A DNA stretch of 63,922 nucleotides, the filler included, from Octopus bimaculoides (lineage: Eukaryota): the NCBI RefSeq assembly GCF_001194135.2. It is 6 parts of 5 records of this genome, joined end to end, with 100 filler letters (N's around TTAATTAATTAA, not from the genome) between each part and the next. Parts side by side here need not be neighbours in the genome. Positions count along the whole stretch, not along the records: positions 48,809 to 54,326 come from NC_068985.1; positions 54,427 to 62,097 come from NC_068985.1; positions 62,198 to 63,922 come from NC_069004.1; 3 more parts are not named here. One strand, written 5' to 3'. Shown here piece after piece: positions 52,871-63,922 of the stretch. Below the pieces are notes generated by a model, which saw only the letters and a list, made by a program, of their open reading frames with translations, was not told the DNA's origin and ran no database searches. The translations under genes and the position numbers were made by a program. Each line of letters begins with the position of its first letter. The stretch's first letter is position 1.

Positions 52871-53330
52871 TGGATTCAAATTTTTGCCACAAAGGCAACA
52901 ATTTTTGTGGGGGAGGGGATAAGTCAATGGCATTGACCCCAGTGTTCAACTGGTACTTATTTTATCAACCCTGAAAGCATGGAAAGTAATGTCAACCTCA
53001 GCGGAATTTGAACTCAGAACATAGCGATAGGTGAAATACCACTTAGCGTTTCGTCCAGCATGCTAACGATTCTGCCAGCTCACTGCCAAAATATAATAAT
53101 GATAATAATAATGAAGATGATGATTTTGAATTTTTCACAAAACCAGCAGCTTCAGGGGAGTGGGTAAATGGATTATACCAACCCTCAGTGATCAACTGGC
53201 ATTTATTTTATCGACCCCCGAAAGGATGAAAAGCAAAGTTGACCTGGGCAGAATTTGAACTTAGAACATGAAGATGCACGAAATGCTTCAAAGCATTTTG
53301 CCTGGCATTCCAGTGATTCTGCCAGTTTGT
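52871..53330 (-). mobile_element. Two tandem SINE copies (55093 family): 52871-53087 and about 53122-53330
   Basis: Each has AACTGG..TTATTTTATC.ACCC..AAG.ATG.AA..AA.GT..ACCT..GC.GAATTTGAACT.AGAAC. Confidence 0.85.
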
Positions 53331-54104
53331 TACTTTCTTTACAAAGAATATTCAGTGTATTTTATCATGACACCAACATTAAAGATATTGCCTTGTCCCC
53401 AGCAAGACTTTTAAATTATTTTCAGATTAAATGGGTGAGGTGAGGCACGTTGGATGCAGTTTGTTAAACTTTCAAAGTGAAATATTTTACTGTGGAGGTG
53501 TTTGTGTGTTGTTGGGGGTGGCGAGCAGGTTAGGGGGGAGAGGAAGTGGGAACAGAAAGGAGAAAAGTAGAGGGGAGAAAAGAGAAGGATGAAGCAACTG
53601 ATAACACCTCACTTCTTTGTCCACCTCTCCTTCTTTCTCTCATATGTATATATATATGTATACATATACATATACTAGCAGAGCAAGTATATATATATAT
53701 ATATATATNNNNNNNNNNNNNNNNNNNNNNNNNNNNNNNNNNNNNNNNNNNNNNNNNNNNNNNNNNNNNNNNNNNNNNNNNNNNNNNNNNNNNNNNNNNN
53801 NNNNNNNNNNNNNNNNNNNNNNNNNNNNNNNNNNNNNNNNNNNNNNNNNNNNNNNNNNNNNNNNACCTCTCATGAATTGGAAAATTGAAGATGCGCCAAA
53901 AAGCCTCATTGGTACTTAGAAACTTTTACGAAAATTAAAATGTGGCTTAAATGAAAAAAATTATTTACGTGAATATCCTCACAAGAGTAATTGAAATAAA
54001 TTGCGATTGGGGAACCCCTCACGCACGCACGAAAGCACACACGCACGCGCACGCCCACACACAGAGTATCACACATAAGATGAAATGGTAGTGTGTGTGT
54101 GTGT

Positions 54105-54142
<38 letters not shown>

Positions 54143-54427
54143 GAGAGAGAGAGGTTTGTTGTCATGTATACGTACATGCATAAATATGCATACATCTTTG
54201 TGTGTGTGTGTGTGTGCGTGTGTATGAGAGAGAGAGAGAGAGTAAATCTATACTATATATAAAACAGAGATGTGTGTGTAATCGACTTCACCAAATGCTT
54301 CCATACTTGTGATGCGTGAATAATTTNNNNNNNNNNNNNNNNNNNNNNNNNNNNNNNNNNNNNNNNNNNNTTAATTAATTAANNNNNNNNNNNNNNNNNN
54401 NNNNNNNNNNNNNNNNNNNNNNNNNNT

Positions 54428-54735
54428 GAAATGTGGCCAAAGTTGTTTTCTGCACATTTTCAGTGTTTATTGCTCCTGAACATCTGCCACATACAAAAAC
54501 TAACTTCCTAGTTAACCTTCCTTTGATATTGCTGCACCTCTTATGTGTCCATTGCTTGCACTGGGTACATCTTATAGAGTTTCTACCTACGCCTTTTCTA
54601 CAGATAGAGCAGGGCCATCTACCAGAAGGGGTTTGTGTTTTGTCTACCTTCCTACTTATTAGGACTTTGGTTTTAGCTAGGTTGACTCTAAGGCCCTTCG
54701 ATTCTAGTCCTTGCTTCCACACCTGAAACTTCTCA
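54428..54735 (-). mobile_element. RTE-type LINE fragment: end of RT followed by a C4HC3 zinc finger
   Basis: WKQGLESKGLRVNLAKTKVL then CSIC-x10-CTQC-x4-HKRC-x14-CGRC, open across the fragment. Confidence 0.85.
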
Positions 54736-54764
54736 TATATGTGTGTGTGTGTACACAATAGGCT

Positions 54765-54920
54765 TCTTTCAGTTTCCATCTACCAAATCCATTCACAAAC
54801 CTTTAGTCAACCTGAGACAATAGTAGCAGACACTTGTCCAAGTTGCCAGCCATGCAGTAGGACTGAACCCAAAACCACATGATTGAAAAGCAAGCTTCTT
54901 ACCACACAGCCATGCCTACA
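54765..54920 (-). mobile_element. SINE head (internal-microsatellite family)
   Basis: GGCTTCTTTCAGTTTCC..GGACTGAACCC..ACCACACAGCCATGCCT. Confidence 0.85.
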
Positions 54921-55092
54921 CTTATACTCAAACCCCTAAACAGACACATGATATACACCCAATATTCATACATATTCATACACACATACATATTCATATC
55001 AAATGTGACTGTATCCTTGATCAGGATGGAGGTTCTACCCTTGTTCCACCTATTCTTTAAACTGTTTTCACAACAGAATTAGTGAATGGGAA

Positions 55093-55315
55093 AGGCGGTG
55101 AGCTGGCAGACACGTTAGCACACCGGACGAAGTGCTTAGTGGTATTTCGTCTGCCGTTACATTCCGAGTTCAAATTCTGCCGAGGTCGACTTTGCCTATC
55201 ATCCTTTCGGGGTCGATAAATTATGTACCAGTTATACACGGAGGGTCGATGTAGTCGACTTAATTCCCTTGTTTGTCCCCTCTATGTTTAACCCCTTGTG
55301 GGCAATAAAGAAATA
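55093..55315 (+). mobile_element. Full-length 223-bp SINE with an 18-bp target-site duplication
   Basis: AGAATTAGTGAATGGGAA at 55075-55092 and 55316-55333; head GGCGGTGAGCTGGCAGA, B-box-like GAGTTCAAATTC, A-rich tail. Confidence 0.92.
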
Positions 55316-55412
55316 AGAATTAGTGAATGGGAAGAAATGGAGGACATTTTCTCTCCAGAATCCTAGGATGTCAAACTGTATTATTTATAAATGTGGTGTA
55401 TGAAAGTAAGTC

Positions 55413-55465
<53 letters not shown>

Positions 55466-55653
55466 TATGTGTGTGTGTGCACGTATGTGTCTTTATATGT
55501 GCATGTGTGTTTGTGTGATGTCTGTATGTGTCTCTGTATGTTGTGTATGTTGGCGTATATGTGTACAGGTGTGTGGGTGTATGTGTATAAGTAGAGCTTG
55601 TCTGTGTGTGTGTATGTGTGGTGTGTGTGTGCATGTGTGTGTGTGCCTAAGTA

Positions 55654-55691
<38 letters not shown>

Positions 55692-56107
55692 TGTGTGTGT
55701 GTGAACTCTGGAAAAGGTCACTGAAACTTTGGGGGGAATTTTTCATTGTGTAAATAATGTAATTAATTATTTGATTAATGAATTCATTTTATTTCATTAT
55801 GTTTCTTTTCATTCTTATGGTACGGGTGCCTCTATGTGTGTATGCGCATGTATATATCCGTATTTGCGTGTGTGTGTGTGTGTGTGTGCGTGTACGAGTG
55901 TGAATACAAATGTTTTTGCATGGATATTGGTATATGAAAGTGCCATGGTGTATGTTTTATAAGTGTTTGTGTATTTACGCTTGTTTCTTTGGGTGTGTAT
56001 GTGTGTATGCATGTGTGTGCATGTGTGTGTGTATATGTGTGTATTGGTTACGTGTGTCTCTGCTATGCATGTATTTGCGTGCATATGACTATGTGTATCC
56101 ATGTGCA

Positions 56108-56138
<31 letters not shown>

Positions 56139-56420
56139 GCATGTGTGTGTGTGTATAAATACACAAACGATGTTTCTATTAGTCAACCTCTCTCTTCTTT
56201 CTCTCTCTCTCTCTCTCTTTCTCTCCCTTTCTCTCTCTCTCTCTCTTTCTCTGTCTCTTGTAATTACAAATACATTTATTTTCAATCTATTTATAATATA
56301 TTTGTAATTATAAACATATCAATCTTCATAGCCAGGAACGTGTGTATCCTGTATTTTTGTACACTACATCCCTTTGTTGTAAGAAGAGACTAAAAGGATC
56401 TGCACCTGGAAGAATACAAC

Positions 56421-56871
56421 TATGAAGTGGTGCTAAAAAGTTCCTGGCATTAAGGTGTGGTCGGAGGCCCAACCTTCAGAGTTCTTTTACAGAGCTTAGA
56501 AAAACTGAAGGACCGCTGCAATAAGTCTGTGAATCTGAGAGGGGAATATCGTCGTTTAACGTCCGCTTTCCATGCTAGCATGGGTTGGACGATTTGACGG
56601 AGGACTAGTGGACCAGGAGGCGACACCAGGCTCCAATCTGATTTGGCAGAGTTTCTACGGCTGGATGCCCTTCCTAATGCCAACCACTCCAAGAGTGTAG
56701 TGGGTGTTTTATGTGCCACCGGCACGAGGGCCAGTCAGGCGGTACTGGCGATGGCCATGCTCGAAATGGTGTATTTTACGTGCCACCTGCACAGGAGCCA
56801 GTCCATCGGCACTGTGATCCTCCTGTATTTTCTTTTACCAAAAGCCAGGAACTTTTCAACACCTCCTCATA
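56421..56871. mobile_element. Non-autonomous mariner with a nested RTE-tail repeat (56549-56815, minus)
   Basis: TIRs TATGAAGTGGTGCTAAAAAGTTCCTGGC and reverse-complement TATGAGGAGGTGTTGAAAAGTTCCTGGC; transposase C-terminal remnant LEKLKDRCNKSVNLRGEY. Confidence 0.85.
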
Positions 56872-56872
56872 G

Positions 56873-58082
56873 TTTGGTCTGGCTGAAGGCGCTGATCTCT
56901 ATGGCTTTTAACAGACCATCTGAAACCAATGAGATGAACATGGATAATGTTTTGTTCCTTTTGAACATTTGTAGTCTGATGGTTGTTAGGAAGCCTTGAC
57001 AATGTCCCAACCATTACTTAATTATCACTAAGGGTCTCTCCTGAAGAACATACATCTTCACCATGGCCAAAACTGCTTCACAACGACAAACGTTCCTCTT
57101 AAGAACTAGGAAACAACCCAGTTCCAAACAACTTTCAAACTTCTTCAAAAACTCAGGTGAGGCCCGACCACAGAGTAATAATCCTACACTTGGGACAGTG
57201 TTGCTGCTGCTGCCACTACAGGCTCAGGGCGTCTTTAGGTCACAACCAAAGAAAGTTTGCTTGACTAATTGTAATAAAGTCACTCACCAACACTCTTAGC
57301 CCTTTAGCATTTAAACCAGCCATATCTGGCAAAAGGACAGATCTGGTCCCTCACACCTACTCTACTATGTCAAATTAAAAACAACATACCATGCTACAAG
57401 ATAATTCATGATTAATTCAAAACAATGTGAATAAATAAGCAGAACATTTAACAGAATAATCTGAATGCTAAAGGGTTAAATTTCCGGCCCACAGATATGT
57501 TGTCTCTTATATCTGCTTCTTTCTTTATCACAGCTACAATTAGTTACCTCTCTGTCTGGTTCATACACTTCATTACTCATGTAGTAAGCTACGAAATTCC
57601 TAATTTCTCTTGATTTCCTGTAATTCAGATCACCTCATGGTCTCTATAGACAAAAACGGAAAAGGCATTGCCTCAGTTTAAGGCAAGGGAGATGTGCTGG
57701 AGCAGCCACTCTGAATCACAGAGCTCACACTTGTGGATAACCATCTCTGTTCCAATAGCAGTGAGCAGGAATATGGTGCAATTAGTTGCCCCTGCATTTC
57801 AGAGTTTGCTGACTTCAAACCACTTCTACTCAGGCACTCCTAATTCATGTGTTGCTCCTCATCCATGTTATGTCCTGTTGCCCAGCCCCTACATTAATTA
57901 ACCCCTACATCCAGTCCTTCTTCCCCATAACACCATTCTCTCCAAAAATCCCTTCAGTGCACATGTTTTTCCTGGCAACAATCAAACGACAAACGTTCAA
58001 AAGGAACATTAACCATGCTAATCGCATTGGTCTCTGATAGCCTGTAAAGGCCATAGAGATTAGCCCCTTCCTCTGGACCAAA
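56873..58082. repeat. 1.2-kb foldback with about 115-120-bp diverged inverted arms
   Basis: 56873-56992 matches the reverse complement of 57969-58082 (ATCTCTATGGC, ACCAATG, CATGG.TAATGTT, GTTCCTTTTGAAC). Confidence 0.75.
57300..57475. mobile_element. piggyBac-type MITE
   Basis: TTAG-CCCTTTAGCATT...AATGCTAAAGGG-TTAA; a related fragment lies at about 4460-4505. Confidence 0.85.
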
Positions 58083-58094
58083 TTCTCTGTGTGC

Positions 58095-58125
<31 letters not shown>

Positions 58126-58177
58126 AGAGAGAGAGAGGGAAAGAGAGAGTGAGAGAGAGAGAAAGAGAAAGAGAGAA

Positions 58178-58210
<33 letters not shown>

Positions 58211-58248
58211 AAGAGTGNNNNNNNNNNGAGAGAAAGAGAAAGAGAGAA

Positions 58249-58281
<33 letters not shown>

Positions 58282-59424
58282 AAGAGTGAGAGAGAGAAAG
58301 AGAGAGAGAGAGAAAGAGAGAGAGAGAGCAAAGAAGGTCCTGTTTGTGCAAATGCATGTGTGTGCAATGTATGTATGTATATGCATGTATATCTGTGAAT
58401 GTGTGAGAGAGTTAGGTTTTGCTTATGTAAATGTGTGTGTTATGTATATCCGCATACACATGTACATGTGTGAATATTTGCATGTATGTGTCCATATGTG
58501 TTTGTGTCTTTCAATAATGTATATATAATGTGTGTGTGTGTATATGCCCTGTATATGTGCGTTTATGTAACACACACACGCACATACACACGCACACATA
58601 CACACACACCCGCGCACGCACACACACACATATATATACATATACATATGTATGTATATACACATGCATATGTGATATGTGTATATGTGTGTGAATATAT
58701 ATGCTAGTGTATAAAAATATATGCGTGAATATATATATATATATATATACATATATATATTACATCCGTGAATGTGTATGTGAATGAGTCTGTGCGTATA
58801 TGTGTGTGATGTGTAGGATTTTTGGCAAATGATTTCAGCCAAAGATGGCAAAGAGTAGGGATGTGAAGAAGGACTATTTTTATTGCCAAAATCTGTCAGC
58901 ATTTTCATTTAATTCAACAGTTGCTAATTATTCAAAACCACAGGGTCTTACCCCACCACCACTTTTTCACCCATCTCCTCCCCCACCACGACCACCACCA
59001 CTACCATCACACACACCTACTGTTCATTATCAATTAAATTTGATTCCAATTACTGCTAATCTAAATCCAATCACATTCCACAACTGCCAACCCTGCCTGG
59101 TTTGGTCTGCCACCAGCTGAGAATATTTTTCAACTTGAATGAATAAACCATTCCTCTGTTTGGCAATGTCAGGCTGCTGACGGTGGAGCGGAGGATGGAG
59201 TGGAGGTGGAGTATAAGTGGAGGTGGAGTGTAGGTGGGGGTAGAGGAGGGGAAATGAAAGTGGAAGGTTGAGTTGATTAAATGGTGTGAGAGATCTTTGA
59301 GAGAGGTGAACTAGAAATCATCATTTATGTTTTGAAATTTCATTTAAAATATTCATCTTTTTTTTTTTTTCCAAAATTTGATGGGAAAATTACAAACAAA
59401 ATTATTAAATAAGTTTTATAAAAG

Positions 59425-60057
59425 TGCAGGCATGGCTATGTGGTGGCTGTGTGGTAAGTAGCTTGCTTACCAACCACATGGTTCTGGGTTCAGTNNNNNN
59501 NNNNNNNNNNNNNNNNNNNNNNNNNNNNNNNNNNNNNNNNNNNNNNNNNNNNNNNNNNNNNNNNNNNNNNNNNNNNNNNNNNNNNNNNNNNNNNNNNNNN
59601 NNNNNNNNNNNNNNNNNNNNNNNNNNNNNNNNNNNNNNNNNNNNNNNNNNNNNNNNNNNNNNNNNNNNNNNNNNNNNNNNNNNNNNNNNNNNNNNNNNNN
59701 NNNNNNNNNNNNNNNNNNNNNNNNNNNNNNNNNNNNNNNNNNNNNNNNNNNNNNNNNNNNNNNNNNNNNNNNNNNNNNNNNNNNNNNNNNNNNNNNNNNN
59801 NNNNNNNNNNNNNNNNNTATATATGTATGTGTGTGTGTGTATATATGTTTGTGTGTCTGTGTTTGTCCCCCCAACATCGCTTGACAACCGATGCTGGTGT
59901 GTTTACGTCCCCGTAACTTAGCAGTTCGGCAAAGAGACTGATAGAATAAGTACTAGGCTTACAAAGAATAAGTCTAGGGGTCGATTTGCTTGACTAAAAG
60001 CAATGCTCCAGCATGGCCGCAGTCAAATGACTGAAACAAGTAAACGACTAAAAGAGT
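59425..60057 (+). mobile_element. SINE (internal-microsatellite family) whose middle is an N gap
   Basis: Head at 59425-59494, gap, then microsatellite and body at 59817-60057. Confidence 0.88.
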
Positions 60058-60199
60058 AATTTCAACCAAATGGTTTTAGGTTCAGTCCCACAGTGCAACA
60101 CCTTGAACAAATATCTACAAATATCTCTTCTCTTATAACTCCAGACGATCCACTGCATTGTGACTGAATTTAGTAGACAGAAATCCATGTATGTGTATC

Positions 60200-60420
60200 T
60201 CTTCTTTTACATGTTTCAGTCATTGGACTGTGGCCATCCTGGAGCACCATCTCGGAGAATGTTTAATTAAATGAATCGATCCCAATACTTTTTTTTATAA
60301 GCCTGGTATTTATTCTGTCAGTCTCTTTTTGCCAAACTGTTAAGTTACAGGGACGTAAACACACCAACACTGCTTGTCAAGCAATGGTGGGGTACAAACA
60401 CAGGCATAAAGACACACACA
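60200..60420 (-). mobile_element. SINE body, antisense
   Basis: TTTCAGTCATTGGACTGTGGCCATCCTGGAGCACC..GGGACGTAAACACACC. Confidence 0.85.
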
Positions 60421-60710
60421 CACACACACACACACACATATGTGTGTGTATGCAAACATGCGCACATGTGTGAATGCATGTGCATGCATGTGTCTGTGTG
60501 TGTGTGTTATTTTTATAATATTATAGTTTGATTGAGTCAGTCTCTTTTCATCTGTGGTGCATATTGTCATCAGGCAAGTTGTAATTTGTCTAAAGGCCTT
60601 GAGCACCAACTGGTGAAACTCAGAGTAGAAAGAGACTGACTCAACCAAAATAAAACATTGTTGATCCCTGATACCATGTTGAGTACTCTTTGTCAATGCT
60701 ATACTGCTGT

Positions 60711-60775
<65 letters not shown>

Positions 60776-61616
60776 NNNNNNNNNNNNNNNNNNNNNNNNN
60801 NNNNNNNNNNNNNNNNNNNNNNNNNNNNNNNNNNNNNNNNNNNNNNNNNNNNNNNNNNNNNNNNNNNNNNNNNNNNNNNNNNNNNNNNNNNNNNNNNNNN
60901 NNNNNNNNNNNNNNNNNNNNNNNNNNNNNNNNNNNNNNNNNNNNNNNNNNNNNNNNNNNNNNNNNNNNNNNNNNNNNNNNNNNNNNNNNNNNNNNNNNNN
61001 NNNNNNNNNNNNNNNNNNNNNNNNNNNNNNNNNNNNNNNNNNNNNNNNNNNNNNNNNNNNNNNNNNNNNNNNNNNNNNNNNNNNNNNNNNNNNNNNNNNN
61101 NNNNNNNNNNNNNNNNNNNNNNNNNNNNNNNNNNNNNNNNNNNNNNNNNNNNNNNNNNNNNNNNNNNNNNNNNNNNNNNNNNNNNNNNNNNNNNNNNNNN
61201 NNNNNNNNNNNNNNNNNNNNNNNNNNNNNNNNNNNNNNNNNNNNNNNNNNNNNNNNNNNNNNNNNNNNNNNNNNNNNNNNNNNNNNNNNNNNNNNNNNNN
61301 NNNNNNNNNNNNNNNNNNNNNNNNNNNNNNNNNNNNNNNNNNNNNNNNNNNNNNNNNNNNNNNNNNNNNNNNNNNNNNNNNNNNNNNNNNNNNNNNNNNN
61401 NNNNNNNNNNNNNNNNNNNNNNNNNNNNNNNNNNNNNNNNNNNNNNNNNNNNNNNNNNNNNNNNNNNNNNNNNNNNNNNNNNNNNNNNNNNNNNNNNNNN
61501 NNNNNNNNNNNNNNNNNNNNNNNNNNNNNNNNNNNNNNNNNNNNNNNNNNNNNNNNNNNNNNNNNNNNNNNNNNNNNNNNNNNNNNNNNNNNNNNNNNNN
61601 NNNNNNNNNNNNNNNN

Positions 61617-61775
61617 NTGGTGTGTTTACGTCCCAGTAACTTAGCGGTTCAGCAGAGGAGACCCGATAGAATAACTACTAGGCTTACAACGATCAAGTCC
61701 TGGGGTCGATTTGTTCAACTAAAGGTGGTGCTCCAGCATGGTTACAGTCAAGATGACTGAAACAAGTGAAATAAT
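61617..61775 (+). mobile_element. SINE body after a gap
   Basis: TGGTGTGTTTACGTCCCAGTAACTTAGCGGTTC..GGTGCTCCAGCATGG. Confidence 0.85.
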
Positions 61776-61829
61776 AAAAGAATATATGTATGTATGTATG
61801 TAGGTATACATATATAAATATATATATAA

Positions 61830-62097
61830 TCATCATCATCATTTAACGTCCATTGTCCATGCTGGCATGGGTTGGATAGTTGACCAGAGCTGGTAAGCTG
61901 AGGGGCTGCACCAGACTCCAATCTGATCTGGCATGGTTTCCACTGTTGGATGCCCTTCCTAACGCCAATCACTCCAAGAGTGTAATGAGAGCTTTTTCAT
62001 GCCACCAGCATGGATACCAGTTGTGTGACACCAGTATTGCCATGACAACGATTTCACTTGGCTTGATGGGTCTTCTTCTCAAGTATGGCATATTGCC
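61830..62097 (-). mobile_element. RTE-tail-like short repeat
   Basis: (CAT)n-TTAACGTCC..CCATGCTGGCATGGGTTGG..GGATGCCCTTCCTAACGCCAA, as at 56549. Confidence 0.85.
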
Positions 62098-62803
62098 NNN
62101 NNNNNNNNNNNNNNNNNNNNNNNNNNNNNNNNNNNNNNNNNTTAATTAATTAANNNNNNNNNNNNNNNNNNNNNNNNNNNNNNNNNNNNNNNNNNNNAAG
62201 AAAGAAAGGAATAATCAAAAAAATAAATAATTGAAAAAGAAGCATGTGAAGTAAGCTTTTAACCAAAAAAATTGTAATTATGGAAACTGACTTCAAAGAT
62301 TTTAATTAGTAACATTTGAACTTATGAACTCTTCGTTTCTTTGAGCGTTTGTTTGCTTACTATTTTGTCTTTGAAGATATCCATCATACGACTGTTTTCT
62401 ACCTTTTAAAAAAATTTTTTGTTTCAGATATTTAATTAAACTGTTTTTTTTTAAAAATAAATAAATAAATTCAAGGTAAGATTTTTAAAGTGAAATGATA
62501 TCTTACCGCCATATTCATTTTTTTAATTTCATTTTTTTTTTTTTTTGGTTTCGACTTCAGTGTCAGGTTGAACTGGGCCAAACTTGAGAAAAGGAAAAGA
62601 GAAACGATTGCTCTTTTATAATAATGTTCATTCCTATGAAGGAGAACTCTTACTTCACCTTCTACATACATAGTTGTATGATTGATGAATGATAAACAGT
62701 TGTCATACAACACTCACATGTGTGTATACATACATACATACATATATGACCGCTAAATCTACAAGTTTTGTTTCATTCTCTCTCTGTTTATTTTCTCTTA
62801 TTC

Positions 62804-62839
62804 CTTTCTGTTGAAGAGCATAGGCTCGAAACGTAAAAG
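62804..62839 (+). ncRNA. Hammerhead-like motif with CUGUUGA core in a solo Penelope-type terminal repeat (about 62745-62920)
   Basis: CTTT-CTGTTGA-A-GAGC(atag)GCTC-GAAA-CGT-A-AAAG: perfect 4-bp stems I and II, GUA site, A6 replaced by U. Confidence 0.55.
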
Positions 62840-62924
62840 ACTTTTACATTTTCGTGAGTGTCAAACTAATACACCTCCTTGTTGTTTATACACCTGTCTT
62901 CGTTCTTTGTTTTTCTATAAATTT

Positions 62925-62954
<30 letters not shown>

Positions 62955-62960
<6 letters not shown>

Positions 62961-63262
62961 GTGGTGGATAAACTGTCATTTGAATTATGCAAAAATGAAA
63001 ATAACACTGACATCTCATTTTAACAGATATATTTACTAAAATTACATGAAAATATCTTGAAATACTAAAGAGTAAATTTATTCAATAAAATCACCATTAT
63101 CTTCATCCAGAGTCTCCAGATGACTTTGGAATCTCCTGCAGAAGTCCTCTGGACGGTCTCCTTGTTTAAGTTGGTGAATGCTGCCATAATGCTTGCCTTC
63201 AGTTTGTCTTTGGTATTACAAGGAGTTTTGTTGGTCTCTCGTTCAACTGTGGTGTGCACACA
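62955..63262 (-). mobile_element. 3' end of a DD37D (maT-type) element, same family as 14654
   Basis: VERETNKTPCNTKDKLKASIMAAFTNLNKETVQ; TIR TAGGGTGTGGTGGATAAACTG at 62955. Confidence 0.88.
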
Positions 63263-63476
63263 GGCATTTTGTGAAGACAGTCGTGCAAGTCGTAAAGAAG
63301 AGATATTGTTTGTTATGTGTTGTTTCTGATTTACATTTGTATTGTTATAACCTTGTCATAAGTCCATGTTATAACGTGGCATATACAGTGAGTTCAAAGG
63401 ACATAACAGTGTCGACAGTGAGACACAACAATATTAATATATATTAACAAAATGTTTTTTGTCTTTTCCATTTCAG

Positions 63477-63525
63477 AAATGAAAGCCCTCTCATGCACGC
63501 TGGCTCCACTTTTGTTTTATTTATG
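63477..63525 (+). other. Candidate 49-nt exon of unknown gene
   Basis: Acceptor TTTTTTGTCTTTTCCATTTCAG ending at 63476 and donor G/GTGAGT at 63526, in non-repetitive sequence. No transcript evidence available. Confidence 0.4.
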
Positions 63526-63922
63526 GTGAGTCCTGATCTTTCTTCAATGTTTCTCATGTATTTTCTGTTATAACTTTTCTTTTTTCCTTAATTATGGTAA
63601 ACAGAAGGAATTATAGTGTGGGGTTAAATCTTGCAAAACCATTTTTGATTCTCTCTAAGAAACGATTTGTCTTATAAGTCTTTTTCTGTCAGTATTACTT
63701 ACTTAAGCTCTTCACTCCCTGTGAAGCCAGAGGCCATCAATGCCTTTTCTCACTGTTCTTGACACTGGACTATCTTTTCTGCTTCTCTCCTGTTGAATCT
63801 TTGCTTTTTTCAGCTCGGTTCCAGTATCCTGCCTCCAGCTATCTTTCAGATGAAATTCAACTAAGCATTTTGTCTGGGGTGTTAATGATTCTGCCAGCTT
63901 GCTGGTTTCATCCTGCTAATTA

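Overview
Draft-assembly window of AT-rich, microsatellite-dense animal DNA with many N gaps, several carrying an artificial TTAATTAATTAA linker. The repeat landscape looks like an octopus (coleoid cephalopod) genome; that assignment is my recognition, not a database result. Only one host gene is supportable: the first coding exon of a vestigial-like (vg/VGLL) transcription cofactor at 39164-39310 (+), MSCVDVMYQLYPSY...GAQ followed by a phase-0 GTAAGA donor. It is preceded by a 21-codon uORF whose stop overlaps the start (TAATG). No TONDU-domain exon is visible in the remaining 24.6 kb. The rest is mostly decayed mobile DNA: mariner, Tc1, DD37D (maT), hAT, Tigger and piggyBac-type relics and MITEs; Dong/R4 and RTE LINEs; Penelope-like elements; and at least five SINE-type families. 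The most interesting signal is a set of minimal hammerhead-ribozyme motifs. Some lie in Penelope terminal repeats as expected, but one family sits in the 3' part of a tRNA-headed SINE with an internal trinucleotide microsatellite. Other leads are a 1.2-kb foldback and inverted SINE pairs in the putative vg intron, a six-site Forkhead motif cluster upstream of vg, a 46-bp cassette shared by two different inverted-repeat elements, and an orphan 49-nt exon. Coordinates were counted by eye; boundaries of decayed repeats are approximate.
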